Below are positions 8,933-17,088 of a stretch of DNA of 26,931 bases, in pieces. The translations under genes and the position numbers were made by a program. Below the pieces are notes generated by a model. It was not told where the DNA came from. It searched no databases and was given only the letters and a program-made list of their open reading frames with translations. The stretch spans positions 1 through 26,931 of the forward strand of contig JAFUBK010000056.1 in assembly GCA_017460245.1 (NCBI GenBank), given 5' to 3'. Position 1 is the stretch's first letter. Each line of letters opens with the position of its first letter. Source of the DNA: Bacilli bacterium. Its GTDB lineage: Bacteria; Bacillota_I; Bacilli_A; RF39; UBA660.

Positions 8933-10273
8933 ATGAAAAAGAGAAATGTTTTATTTTTAGCGTTATGCGCAATTGTGACTATTTTTTGTAGTCTAGGTGT
9001 TGTTAGTGCCGCTACAGCGCCAAGTTCGATTACTGTAAAACGTGCGGAGGTTTTAAATGATATTATTACAAACCATACTCATGGTTTTACAATTTTCACA
9101 ACGTCTGATGGCCAATATATTTATTGTATGGATGTTGATAAGAAGGCACTTGCTTCTGGTATGACTGCCACAGCTTCTGGTAATGGTGATGCAGGATTAC
9201 TTTATATTTTGCAAAATGGTTATCCTTACAAAACGATAACTGGTAATGATAATATTGATAAATATGTTACTCAAGCTGCTATTTGGTGGTATTTAGATGA
9301 AAATAAATTATCTAATGAGTTTAAAAATGCAACGACAACAGATATTTATCAAGCTATTCCTAAATATATTAAACCATTAGTTGAAGGAGCTAAAAGTGCT
9401 AAAGATACTCAAGATACGCCAAGTATGACTTTAACTAACAATGGTACAAAAATGAGTTTGACTAGCGATTCTAAGTATTATGAATCTGAATATATGGTTG
9501 TTACTTTAACTGGTGCGCAGAGTGCAGAAATTAGTCTTAGTGGAGCTACTAAAGACACTGTTATTGTTGATGAGGGTGGTAATGTTGGTAACACTGTTTC
9601 TTCAGGTGAAAAATTTAAAGTAAGAGTACCGGCTTCTGAAATTAGTTCTAATGCTAATATAACTGTTAAAGCTTCAGCTACAGGAACTATTAAAAGAGCA
9701 AAAATATTTAAACCTAGTGATTCTACTTACCAAAGAGTTGTTGGTTTATATGAGGAAAATTCTAATTTAAATAAAGAAGTTACGTTATCTGTCGCTAGTA
9801 CAAAACGAGTTTGTGAGTATACTGGCGGTAAATACTATGGTAATGATGGAACTATCGTAGATAAAACTACTTATGAAAAGCAATGTAAACACGTTTGTGA
9901 GTACACTGGCGGTAAATACTATGGTAATGATGGAACTGTAGTAGGTAAAGCTACTTATGAAAAACAATGTAAACACGTTTGTGAATACACAGGTGGTAAA
10001 TACTATGGCAAAAATGGTAAAGAAGTAAGTAAAGATACATATAATAGCGAATGCTCTAATATTTGTGTATATACAAATGATAAGTATTATGGTAAAAATG
10101 GAAACGTAGTAGATAAAACTACTTACGATCAGGAATGTGGTCAAGAAATTACGGTACCTAACACTAGTGCAAATATTATTTTATGGGTAGTTGGTTTAGG
10201 TGTTGTAGCGATTGCTTCAGGAATTGGATTTATTATTTATCATGATAGAAAAAACCGTCATAAAAATGCATAA
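8933..10273 (+). CDS. Cys-Gln thioester-domain surface adhesin 2 (paralog), VPNTS anchor
   Basis: GGAGG RBS, ATG 8933, signal peptide ending VVSA; YIYCMD (Cys 9125) and TQAAIWW (Gln 9272); four Cys repeats; VPNTS (10154-10168), TM helix, basic tail. Confidence 0.88.
   Translation: MKKRNVLFLALCAIVTIFCSLGVVSAATAPSSITVKRAEVLNDIITNHTHGFTIFTTSDGQYIYCMDVDKKALASGMTATASGNGDAGLLYILQNGYPYKTITGNDNIDKYVTQAAIWWYLDENKLSNEFKNATTTDIYQAIPKYIKPLVEGAKSAKDTQDTPSMTLTNNGTKMSLTSDSKYYESEYMVVTLTGAQSAEISLSGATKDTVIVDEGGNVGNTVSSGEKFKVRVPASEISSNANITVKASATGTIKRAKIFKPSDSTYQRVVGLYEENSNLNKEVTLSVASTKRVCEYTGGKYYGNDGTIVDKTTYEKQCKHVCEYTGGKYYGNDGTVVGKATYEKQCKHVCEYTGGKYYGKNGKEVSKDTYNSECSNICVYTNDKYYGKNGNVVDKTTYDQECGQEITVPNTSANIILWVVGLGVVAIASGIGFIIYHDRKNRHKNA
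9802..10138 (+). repeat. Four 28-aa (84-bp) two-cysteine stalk repeats
   Basis: Units start at 9802, 9886, 9970 and 10054. Consensus KHVCEYTGGKYYGxxGxxVxKxTYxxxC. Confidence 0.95.
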
Positions 10274-10307
10274 AAGAAAAAAAGCGTATAAATTGCTTTT
10301 TTTCTTT
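10273..10307 (+). terminator. Intrinsic terminator after adhesin 2
   Basis: aaagaaaaaaagc/gctttttttcttt inverted repeat. Confidence 0.75.
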
Positions 10308-10326
10308 GCAAAAATGTATAAAAAAA

Positions 10327-10429
10327 TTGTTATTTTTTAAAAAAGATGTTATAATGGGTTTGTAATGTAGAAAAGTTGGTATTATGAGGGTAAACCAAAT
10401 TTGACAAACAGTATAAATTATGGTAGTAT
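10327..10429 (+). promoter_or_regulatory. Tandem sigma-A promoters upstream of the surface-protein operon
   Basis: TTGTTA-17-TATAAT (10327-10355) and TTGACA-17-TAGTAT (10401-10429), both with extended TG. Confidence 0.6.
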
Positions 10430-10507
10430 AGCAACCATTAAAGAGATCTCGAACAAATATATGCTTTTATAAAAGGGGGATTTCTTTCGGAAAAGGAGAG
10501 ATGAAAA

Positions 10508-12163
10508 ATGTATGAAAATACAATGACAATGGAAAGTTTACGTAAAACTTATAAACTTAAAAGAGAAAGTAGATTTTCTAGAATGATTGGTAAAATTAAG
10601 AACACTTATTATAAGGTTGGTTCTGATTATGCCAATAACCGCGTAGTTAGAGCTTTGAAAAAATTAAAAGCTCAAGGTCCTGCGCAAGCTAGATTTGTAT
10701 CAATGGGAGAAGTTAGTGCATTAAAAGTTTGTGTTGGTTTAGCTGCTGGTTTGCTAGGAGCTGATGTTACTGTAGCTTTAATGGCGCCTGATTCTGCTTT
10801 TGCATTAGAAGATGCTGGTATGACTCCTGATATGGATGCTAGTGTGGCTGCAGATGCTAGCCCTGCAGTAGAAGGAGTTTCAGAATTTGAAACTACACCT
10901 GCTGCTCCTGAGACACCTGCTTTATCTGAAGTACCGGTTGTTGAGGAGACACCTGCTTTATCTGAAGTACCGGTTGTTGAGGAGACACCTGTTGTTTCGG
11001 AAGTACCTGCTGAAAGTGTAGAAGTTGTTGAAGTGCCTGCTACTGCAACTTCAGAATTTGAAACTGCACCTGCTACTGAAGAGACTGCTGTAGCTGCTGA
11101 AAGTGTAGAAAAAACACCTATGGAAGCTCAAGCTACTATGGGAGAGACACCTGCCGAGGTTCAAGAAGCTTCTGCAGATGCTATGGTTGTTGACGATGTT
11201 AAAGTTGATAGCGATGCTGTAATTTCTGTTGAAACTACAAATGTTGCTGATATTAACTATGATGAGCCTATTGATATGTCTCAATTTGAAAATGGTCAAG
11301 ATATAACTGTGTCAGAAGGACAACAAGCTGAACTTGTTTTCCCTACAGTTCAAGATGATAACACTACAACTGCTATTATTTTAAATACACCTGATGGTCA
11401 TTCATATGTTGTAATGACTCCAGATTATGAATTAGATTATGATAAATTAAATACTTTATTTGCTGATAAAGTTGCTTCAGGGGAGATTCCTTATAATCCA
11501 TTAGATTCTAAAACATGGCCTGAAGAGTGGGCAAATAATGCTCCTACTTATGATATTTTACCTGGTATTGGTGAAAATGGATCTGAATATGATACAGCAC
11601 TTGGAAAATTAACTTTCTATAGAGATGCTGATGGTAATATTCATATGTTTAATGATGGTTCAACAACATTTGAAGCTAATGTTATGAATGATGGTATGGT
11701 TACAGAGTTGCGTCAAGATCCAGATGCTCCTGATTTTGATCCAACTGAATGGAAACCTGTTGAACATGATGTGCCAACACCTGAGCCTGAACCTGAACCT
11801 CAGCCAGAGCCAACTCCAGAACCAACACCTGAGCCTGAACCTCAGCCAGAGCCAACTCCAGAACCTGAACCAACACCTGAACCTCAGCCAGAGCCAACTC
11901 CAGTTTCAAGTATTCCTAAAACTGGTGATGAGGCTGATATTGCTCCAGTTATTGGTTTAGCTGCTGCCGGAGCAACTGCTATTGGCGCCGGTGTTGCTTT
12001 AGGTAAACAACACGATAGTGCGGTGCTTGCTGATGGTGAATATAACGGTTTAAATGATATATTTGGAAGTATTTCTATTGATGAAAATGGAAAAGTTGTT
12101 TTTCAAAACGATTTAGAAACTACTATTTCAAATTTAGTAAATGGAAAAGCAAAGACTAAGTAA
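10508..12163 (+). CDS. Acidic cell-surface protein with long leader, Pro/Glu stalk and IPKTG sorting motif
   Basis: AAGGAG RBS; about 99-aa basic then hydrophobic leader ending SAFA; A/E/P/V-rich region; non-repetitive domain; PEPEPQPEPT stalk; IPKTG at 11912-11926; Gly/Ala-rich TM; 52-aa tail. Confidence 0.85.
   Translation: MYENTMTMESLRKTYKLKRESRFSRMIGKIKNTYYKVGSDYANNRVVRALKKLKAQGPAQARFVSMGEVSALKVCVGLAAGLLGADVTVALMAPDSAFALEDAGMTPDMDASVAADASPAVEGVSEFETTPAAPETPALSEVPVVEETPALSEVPVVEETPVVSEVPAESVEVVEVPATATSEFETAPATEETAVAAESVEKTPMEAQATMGETPAEVQEASADAMVVDDVKVDSDAVISVETTNVADINYDEPIDMSQFENGQDITVSEGQQAELVFPTVQDDNTTTAIILNTPDGHSYVVMTPDYELDYDKLNTLFADKVASGEIPYNPLDSKTWPEEWANNAPTYDILPGIGENGSEYDTALGKLTFYRDADGNIHMFNDGSTTFEANVMNDGMVTELRQDPDAPDFDPTEWKPVEHDVPTPEPEPEPQPEPTPEPTPEPEPQPEPTPEPEPTPEPQPEPTPVSSIPKTGDEADIAPVIGLAAAGATAIGAGVALGKQHDSAVLADGEYNGLNDIFGSISIDENGKVVFQNDLETTISNLVNGKAKTK
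10910..11008 (+). repeat. 36-bp tandem repeat (ETPALSEVPVVE x2.7)
   Basis: gagacacctgctttatctgaagtaccggttgttgag exact at 10910 and 10946; degenerate third copy at 10982. Confidence 0.95.
11774..11902 (+). repeat. Pro-Glu-Gln-Thr stalk repeat
   Basis: PTPEPEPEPQPEPTPEPTPEPEPQPEPTPEPEPTPEPQPEPTP, with recurring cctcagccagagccaactccag. Confidence 0.95.
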
Positions 12164-12174
12164 GGGGAAATAAT

Positions 12175-12420
12175 ATGAAGAATAAAATAGAGGTTGTAAA
12201 AGTAAGAAAAGATGGTAAGGATGCTGTTGCTAATATTTTGAATTGTTTTGAATTAGATAATGGCAAAACTTATGTCTTATATAGTATTGATGGTGAGGAA
12301 GGCGTTTACGCCTCTTCATTGTATCAAACCCCAAGTGAGATTTTGTTAGATGATGTTTCGGATGAAGAAATGAATTTAATTGTAGAATTGCTTAAAAAAG
12401 CAAATAAAGAAGAGGTGTAA
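12175..12420 (+). CDS. Small acidic protein, DUF1292-like (81 aa)
   Basis: 11 nt after the upstream stop. Pattern (ILNCFELDNGKTYVLYS...VYAS...LDDVSDEEMNLIVELL) resembles DUF1292/YrzB; family call from recall only. Confidence 0.6.
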   Translation: MKNKIEVVKVRKDGKDAVANILNCFELDNGKTYVLYSIDGEEGVYASSLYQTPSEILLDDVSDEEMNLIVELLKKANKEEV

Positions 12421-12423
12421 TTT

Positions 12424-13941
12424 ATGGCAAATGAACAAAAAATTAATGAAACAGAAAGAGAGTTTCCAAAATTCGAAAATAAACTTTCAGAATTAGTAAA
12501 AAAGCTTACTGATGAAGATTTACTTAAATTATCTTATGAGTATTATGCGAAAGCTGTCGAGGGTTTGCAAAATGCTAAAGTGATATTTTCTAGTCTTAAT
12601 CAAGGGGATATTGACGAACAAATTAAAAATATTGATGATGGCATTGAAATTTTAGCTAGTGATAATCGTGATATGCAATTTACAAAAGCACTTTCTGATG
12701 AAATATTGGCTCGTAATGGTAAGGAAGCTTCGCAAGGATTGAGAGCGAGAGCTAAAAGTTTTCTTGCTAGGCGTAGTTTAAGTTCTCTTTTGAACAAAGA
12801 AAATAAAAAAGTGGTTATAGGTGGCGGCAAAAAATTTGACGAAGCTATTAATCAAGAGTTTTTCGCTGGTGATATTTCTAAACTTTCTTCAAATATTGTA
12901 AATATGGAAGTTATTAAGGAAAGAGAAGATTATGTTGGAAATAAACTTGATGAAATTTTCGAAAAATTTAAAGCAAAAACTGCTATGCCTAATGATATTG
13001 TTTTTGCTTGGAATTCTTTTTATGATGCGTTTCAAAGAAGTTTAGAAGAACGCAGAAATAACTTACGATTTAACTTTGTCAAAGAAGCATTAGATAACGT
13101 TATTAAAAGAGAAAAAATTGATGATTATAATACGATATTATATTTACCAAATGGTTCAAAATTTACAATTTCTAAAGAAGCACCTAATTATTCTTTGGAA
13201 GCTTTTATGAAAGAATATATGGAATTTAAGAAGAATAAAACAGAAAAACTTGCCAGCCTTCCAAAAATAGAGGCTAAAGAAGCTAGTATGAATTTGGAAG
13301 AAAGACGTCAAAAAATGCGTGATGATAATGCGAATAAAAAAGAAGATATAAAGGTTAGTGGGCCTGCTATAGAATCTAATTTAGAACAAACTGTAGAACC
13401 TGTTCTTGCCCCTATTTCAGAGCTTGAACCAACTGCAGAACCTGTCTCTGAGCCTAAACTAGAAGAAGTTGTTTCTGAAGAAAAAACTGAAATTGCTCAT
13501 GAAGAGGAAAAATTTGATTTAGATGAATTTATTAATGATTGCCGTGCTAAAGGTTTAAATAACGATGAAATAAAAATGTTAGAAGATACTTGGTGTTTGC
13601 CACTTTCTAACGATTCGTTAGAGAAAATTTTAAAAGATATGGCTGATTCTTATCTTAAAAATAAGGTTGCTACAGAGGCACCTGCTGTAGAGCCTAATGA
13701 ACTAAGTGCAGATGAGTCTGCTGATATAATTGATGAATCAAACTTAAATTCTGAACATCCAGCACCTGCTGTAGAACTTAATCAATTAAGTGCAGATGAG
13801 TTTGCTGATGTGATTGATGAATCAAACTTAAATCCTGGATATCCGGCACTTACCGAAGAGCAAATGAAAACTATGAGTCCAGAAGAAATAAACAATTATA
13901 TTGATGCTGCTAATGAAGCATTTAAAAGTAGAAGTAGATAA
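12424..13941 (+). CDS. Hypothetical helical/acidic protein (505 aa)
   Basis: GAGGTG RBS overlapping the upstream stop. No signal peptide or TM; coiled-coil-like N-half, P/E linker, duplicated 28-aa acidic unit, ends KSRSR. Confidence 0.85.
   Translation: MANEQKINETEREFPKFENKLSELVKKLTDEDLLKLSYEYYAKAVEGLQNAKVIFSSLNQGDIDEQIKNIDDGIEILASDNRDMQFTKALSDEILARNGKEASQGLRARAKSFLARRSLSSLLNKENKKVVIGGGKKFDEAINQEFFAGDISKLSSNIVNMEVIKEREDYVGNKLDEIFEKFKAKTAMPNDIVFAWNSFYDAFQRSLEERRNNLRFNFVKEALDNVIKREKIDDYNTILYLPNGSKFTISKEAPNYSLEAFMKEYMEFKKNKTEKLASLPKIEAKEASMNLEERRQKMRDDNANKKEDIKVSGPAIESNLEQTVEPVLAPISELEPTAEPVSEPKLEEVVSEEKTEIAHEEEKFDLDEFINDCRAKGLNNDEIKMLEDTWCLPLSNDSLEKILKDMADSYLKNKVATEAPAVEPNELSADESADIIDESNLNSEHPAPAVELNQLSADEFADVIDESNLNPGYPALTEEQMKTMSPEEINNYIDAANEAFKSRSR
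13678..13848 (+). repeat. 84-bp direct duplication within the 505-aa orphan
   Basis: APAVEPNELSADESADIIDESNLNSEHP / APAVELNQLSADEFADVIDESNLNPGYP; units at 13678 and 13762. Confidence 0.93.
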
Positions 13942-13964
13942 AGTCAAGATTGCTTGACTTTTTT
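13940..13964 (+). terminator. Intrinsic terminator ending the three-gene operon
   Basis: aagtcaag-attg-cttgactt plus T-run. Confidence 0.85.
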
Positions 13965-13974
13965 CTTGCTTACA

Positions 13975-14003
13975 TTGACTTTTTATATAAAAAAACATAT
14001 AAT
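13975..14003 (+). promoter_or_regulatory. Sigma-A promoter of hisS-aspS
   Basis: TTGACT-17 nt-TATAAT, 25 nt upstream of the ATG. Confidence 0.8.
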
Positions 14004-14028
14004 TTTAAGTAGTACAAGGAGGCATTTT

Positions 14029-15300
14029 ATGTTACAAAGACCAAAGGGAACCTATGATTTATATGGTGATGATGCATTAAAAATTTTATATTTAAAAAAA
14101 ATAATTAATTCTTTAATGGATAAATATAATTTTAAATATTTTCAAACACCTATATTTGAAAGTAGTGAAGTTTTTCATCGTGGTGTAGGAGAAACAACTG
14201 ATATTGTTAGTAAAGAAACTTATGATTTTACAGATAGAGGGGACAGAAATCTTACTTTGAGACCCGAGGGAACTGCGGGAATTGTTAGATGTTTTATTGA
14301 AAATAAACTTTATGCTGAGCCAATGCCACTTAAAGCATGGTATTTTGGTTCGATGTTTAGATATGAAAGACCACAATCTGGAAGAAATCGTGAATTTAGC
14401 CAGTTTGGCGTTGAAGTGTTTGGTTGTGATGATGTGATAATGGATGCAGAAATAATAAGTATTGTTGTGAATTTATTTAGTTTACTTGGATTAAATGGAA
14501 TCAAAGTGAACATAAATTCTTTAGGTGACAAAGAATCTAGGGATAATTATCGTGAGGCTTTACTTGATTATTTTAAACCATACTTAAATGATTTGTGTGA
14601 TGATTGTAAAAGTCGATATGAAAAAAATCCACTTCGTATTTTAGATTGTAAAGTAGATAGTGATAAAATCGTAATGAAAGAAGCTCCTAAAATTGCTGAT
14701 TATTTAAATGAAGAAAGTAAAAATCATTTTGAAGAAGTTAAAAAATATTTGGATGCTTTAAATATTGATTATATTGTTAATGATAATTTAGTTCGTGGTT
14801 TAGATTATTATACGCATACGGTATTTAAAGTTGATGCTGATATAAAAGGATTTGGAAGTCAAAATGTTTTAGCGGCTGGTGGTAGATATAATAATTTAGT
14901 AGAAACTATTGGTGGACCAAAAACTTCTGGTGTTGGATTTGCATTAGGTGTTGAAAGATTGTTACTAGCGTTAGATGCTGAAAACATTGATATTGCTGAA
15001 TGTCAGCCTTTGGATATATATGGAATGTGTATGTCAGATGATGAAAGACCTTATTTACTTAAAATTGTTAATTATTTAAGATTAAATGGTTTTAATGTTG
15101 ATTTAGATTATAGTGGTCGTAATTTGAAAAATAATTTCAAACATGCCGATAGGTTAGGTGCGAAGTTTATAATAATTATTGGCGAAGAAGAGGTTAAAAA
15201 TGATTTTGTTACGATAAAGGATAATGATACTAAAGAAGAATATAAAATTAAACTTGATGAAATAATTGATTTTTTTGATAACAGAATAAGTGAGGAATAA
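14029..15300 (+). CDS. hisS: Histidyl-tRNA synthetase
   Basis: AGGAGG RBS then MLQRPKGTYD; LTLRPEGTAG, FRYERPQSGRNREFSQFGVE, LVRGLDYYT, GGRYNNL, GFALGVERL. Confidence 0.98.
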   Translation: MLQRPKGTYDLYGDDALKILYLKKIINSLMDKYNFKYFQTPIFESSEVFHRGVGETTDIVSKETYDFTDRGDRNLTLRPEGTAGIVRCFIENKLYAEPMPLKAWYFGSMFRYERPQSGRNREFSQFGVEVFGCDDVIMDAEIISIVVNLFSLLGLNGIKVNINSLGDKESRDNYREALLDYFKPYLNDLCDDCKSRYEKNPLRILDCKVDSDKIVMKEAPKIADYLNEESKNHFEEVKKYLDALNIDYIVNDNLVRGLDYYTHTVFKVDADIKGFGSQNVLAAGGRYNNLVETIGGPKTSGVGFALGVERLLLALDAENIDIAECQPLDIYGMCMSDDERPYLLKIVNYLRLNGFNVDLDYSGRNLKNNFKHADRLGAKFIIIIGEEEVKNDFVTIKDNDTKEEYKIKLDEIIDFFDNRISEE

Positions 15301-15301
15301 T

Positions 15302-17023
15302 ATGAAGGTAAATAATACAAATTATAATATAAATAATGCTGGCGAGACTGTTACTTTACACGGATGGGTTTCGAAAACAAGAAATTTAGGTGGGCTTATT
15401 TTTATTGATTTACGTGATCGTAGTGGAATAATTCAACTTGTGGTAGTACCTGAATGTAGTGATTACGAAAAAGCAAGCAATTTAAAAAATGAATCTGTGA
15501 TTGAAGTTTTAGGAACTATTCAAAAACGTAAACAAATTAATAAGAATTTAAAAACCGGTGAAATAGATGTTTTAATTGATAAATTAACGATTTTGAATGA
15601 AGCTTCTGATCTTCCATTTGATTTAAATAATACAACGGCTTTGGAGGATACAAGATTAAAATATCGTTATTTAGATTTAAGACATGATGATTTGAAAAAC
15701 AACATAATTATAAAACATAAAATTATGCAAAGTGCTAGAGAATATTTAAATAATGAAGAATTTATTGAAATCGAAACACCAATTTTATGCAAATCTACTC
15801 CTGAAGGAGCACGCGAGTATTTGGTTCCATCTAGAGTTAATAAAGGTTCTTTCTATGCTTTACCACAATCACCACAAATTTTTAAACAATTGCTAATGAT
15901 GAGTGGTTTTGAAAAGTATTATCAAATTGCTAGATGTTTTAGAGATGAAGATTTAAGGGCTGATAGACAACCTGAATTTACGCAAATTGATTTAGAAATG
16001 AGTTTTATCTCAGAAGATGATGTGATGAATTTAACAGAAGGTTTATTGTGTAAAATTTTTAAAGATGTTAAAAACATTGATATTCCAAGGCCTTTTGTAA
16101 GACTTAGTTATGAAGAAGCTATTGACAGATTTGGTAGTGATAAACCTGATACAAGATTTGATATGGAAATAAAAGATATTACTAGGTTGTTTAAAAATAC
16201 TGATTTTTCGGTATTTAAAAACGTTATTGAGAATAATGGTATTATAAATACTATTGTTGTTAAAGATGCGGCGGATAAATATTCTAGAAAAGATATTGAC
16301 AAATTAACTGATTTTGTTAAAACCTATAAGGCAAATGCTCTTGCTTTTTTGAAGTATGATGGAGAATTTACTGGTAGTATTGCAAAGTTTGTGTCTTCTA
16401 TTGAAGATGATTTGTTAAATAATTTAAAAATTGAAAAAAATGATTTATTATTAATTATTGCTGGTAATAAAAAAATTGTTAAAAATGCTTTAGGATTTTT
16501 AAGATTAAAAGTTGCTAGAGATTTAGAGTTAATTGATTTTAATAAATATAATTTTTTGTGGGTTACAGATTTTCCAATGTTTGAATATAGCGAAGAAGAA
16601 AAACGCTATATTGCCTGTCATCATCCATTTACACATCCCAAGGATCCCGATAAACTTAATGATAAAGAAAATGCTTTAGCTAGAGCTTATGACATTGTTT
16701 TAAACGGTTACGAAGTAGGTGGGGGCAGTATAAGAATTCATAGCCCTAAAGTTCAAAAACAAGTTTTTGAGGCGCTTGGATTTACTTTAGAAGAAGCAAT
16801 GGAAAAATTTGGATTTTTGATTAAAGCTCTTACTTTAGGTGCACCACCACATGGCGGTCTTGCGCTTGGACTTGAAAGATTAACAATGATTTTGTGTGGT
16901 ACTGAAAATATAAGAGATGTAATTGCGTTTCCAAAAACTACTAGTGCTTCTTGCTTAATGAGTGATGCTCCAAACGAAGTAGATCCAAAACAACTTGATG
17001 AACTTCATATAAAATTAAAATAA
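15302..17023 (+). CDS. aspS: Aspartyl-tRNA synthetase
   Basis: LGGLIFIDLRDRSG, RLKYRYLDLR, STPEGAREYLVPSR, LPQSPQIFKQLLM, CFRDEDLRADRQPEFTQ, GAPPHGG, IRDVIAFPKT. ATG 15302 follows GAGG. Confidence 0.98.
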   Translation: MKVNNTNYNINNAGETVTLHGWVSKTRNLGGLIFIDLRDRSGIIQLVVVPECSDYEKASNLKNESVIEVLGTIQKRKQINKNLKTGEIDVLIDKLTILNEASDLPFDLNNTTALEDTRLKYRYLDLRHDDLKNNIIIKHKIMQSAREYLNNEEFIEIETPILCKSTPEGAREYLVPSRVNKGSFYALPQSPQIFKQLLMMSGFEKYYQIARCFRDEDLRADRQPEFTQIDLEMSFISEDDVMNLTEGLLCKIFKDVKNIDIPRPFVRLSYEEAIDRFGSDKPDTRFDMEIKDITRLFKNTDFSVFKNVIENNGIINTIVVKDAADKYSRKDIDKLTDFVKTYKANALAFLKYDGEFTGSIAKFVSSIEDDLLNNLKIEKNDLLLIIAGNKKIVKNALGFLRLKVARDLELIDFNKYNFLWVTDFPMFEYSEEEKRYIACHHPFTHPKDPDKLNDKENALARAYDIVLNGYEVGGGSIRIHSPKVQKQVFEALGFTLEEAMEKFGFLIKALTLGAPPHGGLALGLERLTMILCGTENIRDVIAFPKTTSASCLMSDAPNEVDPKQLDELHIKLK

Positions 17024-17026
17024 TGT

Positions 17027-17066
17027 AAAAAAGTGCATACATTTATAAATGTATGTATTTTTTTTT
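17027..17066 (+). terminator. Intrinsic terminator after aspS
   Basis: aaaaaagtgcatacattt/aatgtatgtattttttt stem with T-run. Confidence 0.8.
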
Positions 17067-17073
17067 ATTTTTG

Positions 17074-17082
17074 TGGTATAAT
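17074..17082 (+). promoter_or_regulatory. Extended -10 promoter for the ncRNA
   Basis: TGGTATAAT 6-7 nt upstream of the hairpin start; no ORF follows. Confidence 0.7.
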
Positions 17083-17088
17083 GTAAAT

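Noticed and set aside
8171-10138. Regularly spaced taaacacgtttgtga repeats as a CRISPR array
   Set aside because: The intervening sequences are homologous to each other and in frame; these are coding repeats, and no cas genes are present.
13678-13848. Common origin of the 84-bp repeat here and the 84-bp adhesin repeats
   Set aside because: Same period but no sequence similarity; treated as coincidence.
2848-13941. Prophage, ICE or IS origin of the accessory blocks
   Set aside because: No integrase, transposase, relaxase, phage gene or flanking att-like direct repeat seen, and a housekeeping-type xfp lies in the middle.
15302-15420. Calling AspRS discriminating versus non-discriminating from RNLGG
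   Set aside because: This residue alone is not decisive in Bacillota; gatCAB/asnS content is needed.
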